Source: Eutreptiella sp. 'Long Island Sound 2002' (lineage: Eukaryota > Protista > Euglenida). From it: DNA of 64,000 nucleotides. Location: NCBI GenBank assembly GCA_964036045.1, contig OZ038378.1, forward strand, positions 26,474,001 to 26,538,000. Direction: 5' to 3'. A program made the translations under genes and the position numbers. Positions 37,265-47,700 of this stretch are shown one piece after another (within the stretch, counting starts at the first letter, position 1; each line of letters begins with the position of its first letter). The notes under the pieces are model-generated. The model was not told where the DNA came from. It ran no database searches and saw nothing but the letters and a program-made list of their open reading frames with translations.

Positions 37265-40200
37265 GGGAGGGGGGGTTGGGGGCGGGGCAGGCTGAGAGCG
37301 GCTGATGCCGTCATCGTCATCGATTGGTCTGTGAGGTCGCACAGAACCATGCAACCCGTGTGGCATGGACGCCATGAACAATCTCCTAGCTGGCACCTGC
37401 TGCAGACCTGAGTAGTGCCACGGTGCCTGCAGTTGCCTCTGGGAGCAAATATTTTCGGTGCTGGCAGTGGCCTTGATGTTCACTCCTTCCTCTCCTGCAG
37501 CATGTCGGGCAACATGGGCGCTGCGGAGCTAGTCACGCTGCTTGACTCTGTCTTTGGTGCCTATGATAAGCTGGTGGAGTGCCGTGGCCTCGAGAAGATC
37601 AAAACCGCCGGCGATGCGTATATCATGGCCGGCAACCTCTTCAAGCACCCGGCCAACGTCCACGTCGTCTGTGTTGAGGCAGGATTGAAGACTTACGAAG
37701 TGCTGCACCAGCTGAATCATGTATGCCCTGTGTGGCGTGCATTACTGTCACCCATCACTCTGTCCTGCAGCATGCCTTGCCTTAGTACTGTGCCACACAG
37801 CGCCATGTCACACAGCACTGTGTCACGCAACGCTGTGTTGCGCAGTTGTGTGTCATGCATCACGTCCTCACTCAGCTTTATGTCACTCAGCATTGTATCA
37901 TGCAGCCCTCTGTCATGCAGCACTCTATCATGCAGCATGTGGTGACCCAGTATCGCAGCACTGTGCCACACAGCACTGCATTACACAGTGTGATATGATG
38001 CAGTATTGTGTCTCACAGCACTGTGTCAGCGTCATGCAGTTTTCAAGAAATTGCCAAGTTTCAATTGGTGGTGGCGGTTGTGGCACCTGTGTCAGGCGTA
38101 AGTCGCTTACTTTTTTTTGGGCGTAAGTTGTGTTTTTTTTGTGGATGTAAGTCGAGTATGAAAAAAAATTGAAAATGCATGGCACGAGAGTTACGCTTTT
38201 TTTTGTGACGGAAACAAGGTCCCTGAGGCAAACAAGGTCCCCGAGGCATATCCAAAGGGCTTAGAGGGTTGGTGAACGACCAGTAGTTTATTCAAGAGCT
38301 AGAAAATTACTTTGTGAAGGATATCCGGGACGCTTGTGCGAAGAATAGCAATCCGCGTGCAAAGCCGAAGTCATCAGACACGAAGTCTAATTTGATTTAC
38401 AAGCGTGTGTTTGCCGATTTCTTGTTGTTGGCTCCATGCCCTTATGGTCGCATGTGATGAATGTAGTTGGCCCCAGGTGACCAAACTCAGGTGGTATCGC
38501 TAGCTTGAGCTTCGCAGCCGGTGGCGCCGGCAGCAATATAGTCATTTTGATGCCGCTTGCCAAAGGCCGAAGGGCAAATTGCATTTTTCGTTCACAATGA
38601 GCACCTCATGTGGGTGTGCTCCAACATTATTCCTTTCTTTCCGTCATCTGCAGGCGATGAGTATAAAAACCACCCTTCATGCCACGGCTCCATTGCTTTA
38701 CCCGCACCGGAGGTACGTAAAATGTCCGTGGGGGCTATATGCTTCACCACCTCCAGTGGCAATCGCGGTTGTTGGGTGGTTCTTGCGTTTTTCCCTAGTA
38801 ATCTCTTTTTTTTTCTTGAAAGGGGGTTTTTTTTTCACACGCGATGTACGCCAAAAAAATTTGCAAACTTAACACCTGAAAGAAAAGGTTTTGGTCGGGA
38901 AAAAACACGACTTACGCCACAAAAAAGTTATGCAACTTACGCCAAAGAATCGCCGCAATCGAGCTACGCTTTCCTCGTGGCACCTGCTCTTGCAGTGGAG
39001 CTTGAATGATGCAATCGGCTAAGGTCCTTGTCATGTCCAATTACTTTTAGGACCGTAGCTCATTGTGTCTGATAAATTGAATACCAACACCGGAGTGCAC
39101 AAAGAAGATGCCCACCTCCCAAAGCATAGAGAGCAAGTCGTGGAATGCGAAGGCTACATGGGGTTCAGGCTTCTTTGCAACAATACATGACGTGTCACAT
39201 TAGCTTCAAATCCACACAACCGAGGGTACCAAGAGTGACACCTGAGTGCAACGCTGCAGGCCAGACTAGCATTTGTTATTTGTGTCACTTGTGGGACAAA
39301 GTAGCAGTGGGTGTAGGAGGGTGTGCTTGAGTACCGCGGAATCTCTGGAGGTGCTAGGCCATACTATGAAGCGCAAGCAAAGTGGAACACCCAGAGGATG
39401 ATAAACATGGTAGAAGTGGATAGCTTGATACTTGTCCTGTATGGCTTTGCTGCTCTACAACATGCATCCCTTATACCAGGGGTTTTGTCAGTGTACTAGA
39501 ATGAAATGGCTTTACATTATGCTCCTCCCTTGCACAGCTTTGGTTGACATGTCATGCTTTCAATTGTTTGCACACCACCGCCCTCACACCCTCCCTCCCT
39601 GCATGGATTCCTAAATTTATTTAAACAGGTTTTCTTTTGCAGACCTCTCCCTCTTTCCTCCTGCCCTGTATCCCCCTGTATCCTGTATGTTTTAGCAGAC
39701 TGTATGATTGCTATGTAAAATGCATTCCCCTGGTGCAGAGTATGGGGTGTTTCGCATGTGGGAGAACTACTCAGTGCCTCTGTTCTTTCCCCTAAAGGTG
39801 CTTCCCACCGTCCAGGAAACTAGTGCGTCACATATTTTCTTGACAGCTTACACACACCCAGGTTTCATCCAACCCCACTTACCCACCTCCTCTTACCTGC
39901 GATCATCTTCACATGCATTTTTCAGCAAAACAAGACTGCCAAGAAGCTGCAACAGCGATGTGGTCTTCATACTGGCACTGTTGTGGGTGGTGTCTTGGGA
40001 CATACTACGCTGGCATTTGACTTATGGGGTGTGGACGTCCAGTTTGCTGCCTGTATGGAGAGTCATGGTGTTCCTGGAAAGGTGTCCGTTCTCGCTTCTA
40101 ACCACTTCCATTTCCATCTCTCTTGCTCTCCCTCCTGTCCTGCCCCTGTTCCCCCTTTCACAAGCACTGCAACGTCGTCACACCTTCCTCACCCATTCCC

Positions 40201-41978
40201 CAGTCAACCTGTTGTGGGGACCTGCGCTGAGACAGGACTCTGCAAGGAGGGATCTTGGCTCATTGGCCCTGGTCACATGCTATTGGTGGTTCTCACGGTG
40301 CAGAGGCGTTGCAGCTCTGTTGTCGTCGTCTCCCCCCTTATTGTGATTTCTCATGGCTTTCACTGGGGCACCAGGGGCGTCATGTGTAGCCCGCCCCTCC
40401 CCCCTACCTCCAATCAAAGTTCAAAATCTTGGTGGCCAGAGCCAAAGTTAGCAGCGCAGTCGCTGGAAACACATTTTTCCCCGCTTGACTGCAGTCGCCC
40501 ATGATTATATCCAGGTCCAGCAGGACTCCCAAGTAGCTGCGGTGAGTGTGATGACCTCTGGTAAGCCTCGCCAGTCTCACGATGTACAAAATTGATGCTG
40601 TCCTGTGGTCTGGTGGCTCAGTGCCGGCCTCTTGCATCACCTTGGACTGCATGACTGTCCACAGGACATGCGCAGCTGTTTTGCGAACGGCAATGGCTGC
40701 AACAGCTCATAGGTGACTGCTTTGTGTCAGGCCCCCGGTGCCCCCGGTCAGGCCCATGAATGGATATGGCCGTGTGTGTACGTGTATCCGGCTTCACTGC
40801 GTCCATGTTGGACAGGATCAGTGGTGGCCTGCAGCCCCAAGCCTACTGCAGAGGAGCCTGCAGCGCCCTGATAGGCCAGCTACCGAGTCGGGGGTGACAA
40901 TGAGCGCTTCAGGAACAGCACTATGGTGAGCGGACGAGTGTTTGCGAGCTGTTTGCGCAGAGACTTGCCTACGATTGTTTGCCATCTCAGAACTGTTTTT
41001 CTGTGTGGTTGGCCGTCCGGGACCAACAGCCCCACGCAGCCCCCGCAACATCTATTCAAAGCAGTCTAAAGACTGCAATGCCACGACCGTATTTCTAGGC
41101 ACCTGAGCAAGTGAATGCCTGGGCAAGGCACACGTGAATCGCAGGAAATGTGATTGCAACTGGGGCACGGCAGGGCAGGGCAGGGCAGGGCAGGGCAGGG
41201 CAGGGCAGGGCAAGAGAGGGCAGAGGTCTCCTTCCCGCAATGCCAACAGAGCACCACTGGTATCCCAAAAGAAACGTTTCAGTGCAAGCAGCCCACATAC
41301 AACAACTGCCATTTTATCATAGAATACCCTGGCACAATGGCCAACAACGTGATTGTCATAAACACATCCCAACTCCCCAACTCAACGCAGCCACACCCCA
41401 TTCTCTGTGTCTTTTTTCACCCATCAACGCGCGGATTTTAATTTCATCACGTTCTCTTGTGTACAGTCAAAATGGTCAGATTTTCGTGGAGCTCCGAAAT
41501 ACGCAGGTTTTGAGCTGGTTTGGGTAACTGCCCCCCCTCCCCCGCCCGTCCCTTGGTAGCGGTGTTCACACCTGAGTGCCTCGTGTATTTTCAGGTGTGT
41601 GAGTGCGAGTGCAGTGCAAGTGCGGGTGGATGTGGCTATTGAGGATCTGATGGGGTGCGAAGCGCAAAAGCAGTGCACGCATGTTCACCTAAGCCCCGGA
41701 GCCTTCCTCAGTGGCAGGAAAGCAGTGGTGCGGTCCCAGCCGTGCCTCGATGCCTCTGTGCGTTTCTATGTCCTCAGGTGCAAATATCCAAGAAGTTGTA
41801 TGAAAGGGTCAAACACCACTACTCATGCAGTCCGCGGCAGGTTGAGGTCCCAGGGCATGGCATGGTTACGACCTACATTGTCAACGGCGATAAGAGGATG
41901 GAAGCCGGGGCTGGACCACGGCGCAGAAGCAGGGTCCCAAGCAATGCTGGCAGCTCGTTTTCGCGCCCACACAACTAG
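2039..41978 (+). CDS. Spliced gene (12 coding exons, 6243 nt, 2080 aa): multi-pass membrane receptor-type class III adenylate/guanylate cyclase with TmcB/TmcC-like N-terminal half
   Basis: Exons 2039-3028, 17752-18062, 18619-19339, 20023-21951, 23123-24087, 30321-30480, 31882-32088, 35421-35654, 36715-36863, 37501-37720, 39926-40081, 41778-41978 all have GT..AG borders and join in one frame. The cyclase motifs FTDMVGFT, EKIKTAGDAY, GLHTG, AFDLWG and MESHGVPGKVQIS assemble across exons 9-12. Confidence 0.85.
3060..3780. repeat. Tandem repeat, ~183-bp unit built from two related ~90-bp subunits
   Basis: GAGAC(G/C)G(C/T)AGGGGTGATGTAGC cores at about 3298, 3378, 3470, 3560, 3653 and 3745. Confidence 0.85.
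3854..4548. mobile_element. Diverged inverted repeat pair (~265-bp arms 3854-4115 / 4286-4548), MITE/foldback-like
   Basis: The reverse complement of the right arm aligns by eye with the left arm (TTTCGGAAATTCCCAAAGA, GATGGTACCCA, AACTCTGGC shared). Confidence 0.75.
7090..7180 (+). repeat. (GTGGGT)n hexamer array, contracted in the partner arm (~10047-10075)
   Basis: Directly visible. Confidence 0.9.
7920..9290. repeat. Heptamer-based (GTGTGCA/TGCACAC) satellite with orientation switches
   Basis: Visible array. Strand switches occur at the palindromic GCGCAGTGTACACTGC sites near 7975, 8742 and 9212. Confidence 0.9.
12093..13178 (+). pseudogene. Frameshifted ORF remnants of unknown, probably TE-derived, protein
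   Basis: Three consecutive overlapping Lys-rich, non-repetitive ORFs (12093-12521, 12518-12772, 12786-13178). No recognised motif. Confidence 0.4.
13447..13522. repeat. Hairpin array (GTTCTAGC)x3 ... (GCTAGAAC)x3
   Basis: Directly visible inverted octamer clusters. Confidence 0.8.
13800..17250 (-). mobile_element. Decayed unclassified DNA-transposon-like element with large frameshifted ORF (17242 to 15203)
   Basis: Overlapping minus-strand ORFs 17003-17242, 16263-16937 and 15203-16393 read as globular protein inside intron 1. The region carries repeated 24-bp palindromes. Family assignment is inference. Confidence 0.5.
17752..18062 (+). CDS. Exon 2: Ser-rich cytoplasmic linker
   Basis: Acceptor CCCTCCAG|ACA, donor CG|GTACGT. 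Phase 0 in and phase 2 out exactly bridge exons 1 and 3. Confidence 0.72.
18619..19339 (+). CDS. Exon 3: helical TmcB/TmcC-like TPR region
   Basis: Acceptor TTTTTTTGCAG|G. Peptide ...VFEQAFGRFPHSGMLMFHHLLFL...VLVQLVQFWQAL...VVFRHWGLFVETVLEQEEVAKRIY resembles this family. The donor at 19340 (GTTGCA) was chosen by phase. Confidence 0.8.
19563..19912. mobile_element. MITE-like hairpin in intron 3 (arms 19563-19685 / 19792-19912)
   Basis: CCACCGTAGCCTTGGTAATGCAG vs CTGCATTACCAAGGCTACGGTGG, and TGAATGTTGACGGAA vs TTCCGTCAACATTCA. Confidence 0.85.
20023..21951 (+). CDS. Exon 4: TM-flanked sensor module 1, acidic/Ser linker, sensor module 2
   Basis: Branch-like CACTAAC plus AG at 20021-20022, 643 open codons, donor CTGCAG|GTGCTG. 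The ORF read-through to 22227 is intronic. Confidence 0.85.
23025..23108 (+). repeat. (GTGTT/GCGTT)n pentamer microsatellite just upstream of the exon 5 acceptor
   Basis: Directly visible. Confidence 0.9.
23123..24087 (+). CDS. Exon 5: sensor module 3 (paralogous to module 2) and start of module 4
   Basis: Acceptor CTCTGCAG|GCC after a (GTGTT)n tract, donor AACTG|GTCTGC (phase 2). Visible peptide similarity to the second half of exon 4. Confidence 0.85.
24540..29300. repeat. Mosaic of direct and inverted copies of one interspersed repeat family
   Basis: 24540-24940 recurs directly at 26600-26950. 24620-24690 is inverted at 25729-25790. GGGAGACCACTTGGGAA occurs near 25425, 26080 and 28825. 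26080-26560 recurs at 28825-29260. Confidence 0.8.
29944..30090. mobile_element. ~150-bp MITE with poly-C/poly-G termini
   Basis: Terminal inverted repeats C(13)GTGTCCAGGAACCG / CGGTTCCTAGACAC-G(13), with internal duplicated CGACCGCGGAAC. Confidence 0.75.
30321..30480 (+). CDS. Exon 6
   Basis: GCACAG|G completes the Trp codon (ATRNWLVMRTLF). Donor GAG|GTATTT. Confidence 0.8.
31882..32088 (+). CDS. Exon 7
   Basis: TCTTCTGTCACAG|GTC, phase 0. Donor AAG|GTGCTT; an alternative in-phase donor lies at 32049/32050. Confidence 0.72.
32560..33960 (+). mobile_element. Penelope-like retroelement RT remnant, interrupted by an insertion
   Basis: VYVQMSGWVMGTNAAPTTANLVLRFYE...MCRFIDDGLV matches the PLE RT pattern (Q..G.AMG...AP..ANL...RYIDD). 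Followed by a degenerate FxxL.I....T.VY block. Confidence 0.7.
32861..33522 (+). mobile_element. 662-bp insertion flanked by a 22-bp direct repeat, carrying a small ORF (33135-33488)
   Basis: GCGCAGTGCGCGCGCAGTGCAA at 32839-32860 and 33523-33544. Confidence 0.65.
34735..35100. repeat. Interspersed repeat with internal AAAA(C/T)GGGCTC / TTTTGACCC motifs
   Basis: Reiterated short motifs typical of non-autonomous TE subtermini. Family not identified. Confidence 0.45.
35421..35654 (+). CDS. Exon 8: last TM helix and post-TM helix (MLRSIPEDIVRKVPAI)
   Basis: CCTCAG|GAC to GAG|GTGCCT, 78 codons, hydrophobic LVLGVLLSILIILLYLAII. Confidence 0.8.
36715..36863 (+). CDS. Exon 9: signalling helix (KSEKLLRNILPPSITARLK) and first cyclase strand (FTDMVGFT)
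   Basis: Classic class III cyclase entry motif. CTCAG|GTC and AG|GTGTCA borders. Confidence 0.92.
37204..37264 (+). repeat. (GTT)n microsatellite, about 20 units
   Basis: Directly visible. Confidence 0.95.
37501..37720 (+). CDS. Exon 10: cyclase core (LEKIKTAGDAYIMAG)
   Basis: CCTGCAG|C completes Ser. Donor CAT|GTATGC. Confidence 0.92.
38090..38960. mobile_element. Non-autonomous element with inverted subterminal GCGTAAGT / ACTTACGC motifs
   Basis: GGCGTAAGTCG and GGCGTAAGTTG at 38096-38130; CGACTTACGCC and CAACTTACGCC at 38908-38945. Confidence 0.55.
39926..40081 (+). CDS. Exon 11: cyclase core (RCGLHTGTVVGGVLGHTTLAFDLWGVDVQFAACMESHGVPGK)
   Basis: TTTTTCAG|CAA to AAG|GTGTCC, 52 codons in phase. 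Confidence 0.9.
41169..41213 (+). repeat. (CAGGG)n pentamer microsatellite
   Basis: Directly visible. Confidence 0.95.
41778..41978 (+). CDS. Exon 12: cyclase C-terminus (VQISKKLYERV...VEVPGHGMVTTYIV) and stop
   Basis: CCTCAG|GTG, ends at TAG 41976-41978. A further exon via an internal donor cannot be excluded. Confidence 0.8.
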   Translation: MQISKKLYERVKHHYSCSPRQVEVPGHGMVTTYIVNGDKRMEAGAGPRRRSRVPSNAGSSFSRPHN

Positions 41979-42399
41979 TGCGATGACTCTGGGGCTGTTC
42001 CTGACTGGGATTTGGTTTTACGTCAGGACAGCCCAAGTTGTCTGTGATGATGGGTGAAATGGCTCATCTCGCTTGGGACGAGAAACAGACTGTGGCACCT
42101 GCGATCCACAAGTGGACAGGAAGATGTAGAGAGTTAGTTAGTTTGAACCGCCAAGGGGACACCTCAAGCGGTGCAGAGAGCATCCCAAAAGATGTATGAC
42201 ACGGTATGCGGACATTCAACGAACGGCACTGATCGTTGGCGTATGGTGGTTTTTTTGGGGGGGGTGGGGTGAGGGGAGCGGCTCTGCCTTGCAAAAATTA
42301 AAAATAGGGGTTGCTCTTCTATGTTGAGGCATGGATTCTGCTGTGCACTCAATTCTGAAACAACGCCGTTGCCTCATGTGTGCTCTGACGGGCTGAAAA

Positions 42400-43960
42400 G
42401 GCCTCCTGCCTGCCTCTGTAGTCGCCTTGTCCAACCCACTTTCCCGCGGCAGAAGCGTGGAAGCCCTCAGCAGGGCATGGGCCACTGCTGGAGAAAAGGG
42501 GCCAGATGCCGTTGCAGTCTGGGCTGACAGGAGCTCAATGCACAAAGCAGCAACGCTATCGATGGGCGAGGTGACTCAGTCATATGACGTCCGTCCAAAA
42601 AGCAAACCTGATGCTTCATCTCTTTCTTTGAACTCTAAAGGCCCACTTCTTTGGGACACCATTTCGGTATTAATGTCGCGCCCCAAGTGTTCATGTGCGT
42701 CATGCAAGTCGTTACATGCCATCTGTACAAGCTCGGAGTGTGTCTTGTTTTGTACATAGACAACATGATGATTGCAGGCCGCTCACAGCAGGAATGCATG
42801 CCTGCACTGCGCCTCACCTTACAAGCGTTGCAAGAACAAATTTTCCGCAACAAAGACGGAAGAACGTGGAGTTCGCCCAGCGCGACCCCCCATTTTCTCG
42901 TTTCGAAGTGTTTTCGCACTTGCAGTCCCCAACTGCCCCTCAGAATTGGGGTTTCAGTCAACCTCCGGCCGCTGTGGGTCAGACAAGAGGGCCTGCGCTG
43001 CGGGTCTGCGGCGCACAGGGGGGTTCCGCACTCACCAATGCAGGCGCTCCCCGTTGGCGGCTGCCGTCGCCTGCACGCGCACTGTGCAATGCACGTCCGT
43101 CTGCTGCGGAGAATACATTGCTGTCTTTTCCCGCCCCAGTCCCAGTCCCCATCGGCACATACCGATTTCCCCCTCCGGTTTGTACGTTTGCTGCGTACTT
43201 CGTGCATGTGTTTCGGTTTGCTGCAAATCTGTGCCCCTGGCACACGGATGGGGCCCTGCGGTCCGCTTTGGTTCGACGGCCAAGGTAAATACCCAGGCCC
43301 ACTGTGGCATCCCTCGCCTGTAGTCCGGTGCCGTTCCTGAACATACGTGGGTAGAACGCCCGGCCTCGTGCCCATATACCGACCTCCGAGTATCACTGGT
43401 GGGCTGGTGCATTTCCTCAATTTCTTTGAAGCCCCTCTTCTGCAGATGGGCACGTTCACAGGCTCTCACGTTCACAGGCTGTGCGGCCCCAGCCATGCGT
43501 TTGAGCACTGCTTCTCCGCCATCACTGATGCAGCAGCGCTTCTGGGGCTTCGGGTGCATCACAATGTCAAGCTGCATTGACCGCCCAAGGACGGGTGCCC
43601 ATGCGCCCCTTGGCCTGCCAGAGATGCTGCTCCACTCTCATGTTGGTTGCTGAGGTTCGCTCTGCTAGCAAAAAAAATCGACACAGAGGCGCAGATGCAT
43701 GAATGGGGTCCGAGTATCTGACCCGCAAACATGCCTAACGGATACAGCCTTTGTGAACCGGCCTAATGTACAGTACAACCCCTCTCCCTGGAGCGTGGCA
43801 GCATGTCCTGGATACCACCTTCAGCAACCAAGAAGTCTCCCTGTGTTTCCACAGTTTGACAAGATATTAGATGATTTCCCCAACTAATGATAGGAGGCTG
43901 CAGATATGAGGCTGCACACCTACATGCCCTCAGACTACTGCTGCAAGGCACTTTCAGTCG
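42400..43960 (+). mobile_element. Highly decayed DIRS-like (tyrosine-recombinase retrotransposon) RT plus methyltransferase remnant
   Basis: HFGINVAPQVFMCVMQVVTCHLYKLGVCLVLYIDNMMIAGRSQQEC matches the DIRS RT pattern (PFG...AP.VF.......L..LG.....Y.DD). SLPVFPQFDKIL...EAADM near 43830-43930 resembles the DIRS MT FPP motif. No YR or terminal repeats recognised. Confidence 0.55.
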
Positions 43961-46799
43961 CGATTCGATGCCCCACAACCTCAGCAACTGAAGCAGGCCC
44001 CTTGCTTTTGGAGTTGTCCTTCGACTGATGGGTGGATTTGAGGATCCATTGCAGTGTGTTGTGACTTTGTATTGAGGGTACCTCAATTCCTTCACTTTAC
44101 TCGAGCAAACACCCCTGGGTGGGGGCAGCAACACTCACAGAATACCCCCCCCCCCCCTTGCACAAGACCGCTAGATCAAGCGCACTGGGTGGTGAGCGGC
44201 TGATGGGCACCGCTGCCTATGGAGGGAGAGGGTTCAAGGGTAAGTGGCAAGAGGCCAACAGGCGCCGCAAGCTTCAGACAGCAATCCACTCAGGCATCAT
44301 ACCAGATCCCTACCCCACTCACGTGTGCGCAGCTCGTGCAAGAAGGTTAAGTGAAATTGTTTTAAATCCTTGTGTTTCCCCTCAGGGGGGCACTCTTGAT
44401 GACAAGCCCGCGACACATCATTAGCCATCACTTTCAAGGGACAGGAGGCAGCAGTGGTGGAAGGGCAGGCTTGCGGTTGCTGCATGCGATGGCTATGCGG
44501 CTGTGTTCAGTGGTGATGGCTGCAATGGATCCCCAAATCACAAGACAGGGCATGTGTGGTCCTTGTACCCCCCTTTGTAGTGCAGCCACATAAGACATGG
44601 GTTTGGGGACAGATGTGCCAGTTACATTGGGTCATGGACACATTTTTTTTGTGGGTGTTTGCCCACTTGAACCCACATGACTCTGATTTTGGGTATATTT
44701 GCGCATTTTATTCCCCTTTCTTGCACCAGCTCACCATGCAATCTTCTCTTTTTGAACCTGGGCGTCTACCGCCTTGTCCAAGCTACAGTAGGCGTAGGGA
44801 CCTTATTAATTGGGGACTTTTGCGTAGCTTGTACAAGGGGGGGGGGGGTAGGGTACCGCCAGTTGGTTTCTCTTGTGGGGTGGTCGAAAATACGGAGCTA
44901 TGAAAGGGTTCTACTGCCGAGGGCGCCGTAGGCAACGCACACAGGACAGCCTGTCTTTGCGAGAGCAAGGCAGACTGCCTGCCTCCTCAACCCTGAGCAG
45001 GGCGCTCAAGGCACGCTCGCTTCTGCCGGCATCAATGCCCGTGTCACTCGTGGTGGTCCCAAACCAGGGCAGTATGGGCCTCTGGGGGAATGGGCCACGT
45101 GTCGGAGTTGGGCTGGCTCCTGGGCTGTTGCATGAAATTTGGCGGCACACGGTGTCTGTGCCATAACCAGATGTCACCCATGCCTCACACTGCAACCAGT
45201 CGGACAGTGGGCCCACCAGGAAATGTCGGTGATACGGGGAGGCGAGCGGGGGCACCAGCAATGCCCCGTGACAGACTGGCATGGCTGCATCTCATCCTTC
45301 CCCTCCGAAATCGCGGGATTGTTTGGCTGCATAACCCCCCCCCCCCCTACGAGAACAACGCCATTGTCCAGAAAACACGAGGTGTTGTTTCCGCATGTTT
45401 TGAAACTATCGAAGTGGCGGTTTCTGTTTATGGTTGTCCATGAAGGCCGAGTGTGTTTCTGTGATTTGGGGCTGGGGATGGTATTTTGGGGATGCTGATT
45501 ACTGTATTGCCACTTTTTTGCCCCTCCCCAGCGCCTCCAGAGACGTGGTTGTGTGGACCTCAGTGATGCTTTGCTTTGCTATCACTGCTTGTGTCTACTA
45601 AAGGTGCATGTAAACAATGCCGTTGTCAAAACAGTGTTGTTTCCGTCATTTTCAGTGCTTTTACTGTTGTTCTTTGCAAGATGGGTAGGAGGGGAGAGGG
45701 GGGCACAGGAGTGCCCTTACCCATAAAGGACTCTGCCTCCTCAACAGCTCCAGGGCTGTGTTGTCATGTTGCTTTTGGTTTGCTATGCTAAGCGGTGCAT
45801 TGTTTTTTTGCTTTGGTGTCTGTTCATTCATTTGGCATCCACGTTGAGCTCTAGGCCACCCTCGTTGGCCTCATGTGCTCCATGGTCCAACAGCACCACT
45901 GAACATAAACTGCAACCAAAACGACACAGCCGTGGCCCGGGTCATCTGGCACCTTTGCTATGCCCCCCCCCCCCCGCTGCGCTGCACAGTAACCGAACGG
46001 TACCAAGCAGCGTGTGTCGAATCCCCCAGCCCCTGCCCTCCGGGCTCCAATACCTGTCCCCTCTCCATACGTATTCCAATTTCCATTGCTGTTTGCTTTT
46101 TGTTAGTTGCACCATCATTGTTACAGAATTGCATCCATCCGATTCGATTGATGTCACATGTTTATGCCTTGCCCCTCCATTGTTGTTATGTTGGGAAGTG
46201 CGTTTGCTTGAGCCCCAATTGAGTTCCCACCAGAAAGGTAAGGTCCTCTTCATTTTTAGTCACCCACAAGGCATTTGATTTTCAAACACAGGGTGTTCTG
46301 CATGTTTCTCGCCTCAGTTGATCCACCCGCCCTCAGTTATGCCACTGTTTCAGTGTTGCAGTCATTTGACGCCACGGGGACACCCATTTTGATGCTAATG
46401 CACCCCCCCCCCCCCCCCACACTCAGTGACAGGCCGGTGTTCAATCGCCGCATCAGTCAGCATTGCTCTTTGGGCCCGATGTTCTTTCACCCCATCTTGT
46501 GGTGTGTGGCTGATGTGAAGAAATGCTGTGACCTGGGGTTGCGGTGTTCTTTATGGAGATGCCGTTGTTGGTTCTGGTTATTGTCATTGTCGTGCATTGA
46601 CTGCATGAAATTTGTTGTGGACAATATTGGTGGGCGCACAGTGAGGGATGCTCCACATGGAGAGGGGAGTAGTGCAGATTGTGCAAGTGATGTGGAGGCA
46701 CGCAGAGAGGGCGATATGACGTGCAACACAAGAGCACAACACCTCACGCTATGAACCCCCCCCCCCCCCCACACGCCATGGCCTCGTGCCAACCCCCCA

Positions 46800-47700
46800 C
46801 CCCACCAACACACACAAAGGGGTCTGGGAGGATGAGAGCCACCTCCTGTGGTGGTGTGGGGCGTGGAAGGTGGCCAGGGAACCCTTCCTCCCAAACATCA
46901 TGCTGTTGGCGCGAGCGATCAAGCCGGGGGCCTGTTGGCGTGGCCTCCGTGCGTATGCCTCTGTGGCCTGCTGCCGGAGTCTGTGGTAGCGCAGAGAAGA
47001 AAAGATGCAGGGAGCTGCACAGAGTCTGCCGACATTGGGAGCCAGGTCCAGGGGAGACCTAGGAGGAGGCCAGCCGCCAGAGGGCGGAGCTGGGCTTGGC
47101 GGGGCAACAGTGGGCGGATGCAGATACCAACCCGCTGGAGCAGTTTATCAGTAAACTGCATGGAATGTTCCTGGTAGTACTCCGGACCAAAATGAAAAAG
47201 GAGGAGGAGGCGGGGCCTTTGTTTCCAGCAGAGAAAAGACTTATACAGCATGATTGCTACCCCTCGCATCAGCTGCATCTCCCTCGTTAGAGGCAACAGC
47301 CGATAGAAGTACCGGAGCTGGGGGTGCTGCCCAAGGACTAGAGATGGGGACACGATTTCCTGCCACCCATACTGCATTGGCTCAGGGAGCTGCATTGGCT
47401 ACCAACAGATGACGATGCACCGGTGGGTCACCGGCAAGTGTCGTTGATGGAGCTCACCCTGGACTTCAAATCCCATGCGGGACGACCTCTGCCACCTATC
47501 CCGCAGTCACGCTTCACGGGCTCAGAACTGTCACTGCAAGAAAAGGGCCGGGTTCTCCGGCTGGCGGTCGCCCTCTTGGGGAGAGCGGCAGGATGCGAGT
47601 CTATCCTGCCGGTAGCAATTACCACCAGATGTCGTGTGTTAGTCCCACTGGGAGCAGAATGGTGGTGGGAGTGAAGCGCCGCCCGCTCTTCACCAGACCG
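46800..47700 (+). mobile_element. 3' remnant of a non-LTR (LINE-like) retrotransposon
   Basis: EDESHLLWWCGAWKVAREP resembles the C-terminal HxxxxC zinc-knuckle region of LINE ORF2. Followed by broken ORFs. Confidence 0.45.

Noticed and set aside
2039-41978. Non-canonical (euglenid-type) introns
   Set aside because: All eleven inferred introns can be placed at GT-AG with consistent phase. Nothing requires non-canonical splicing.
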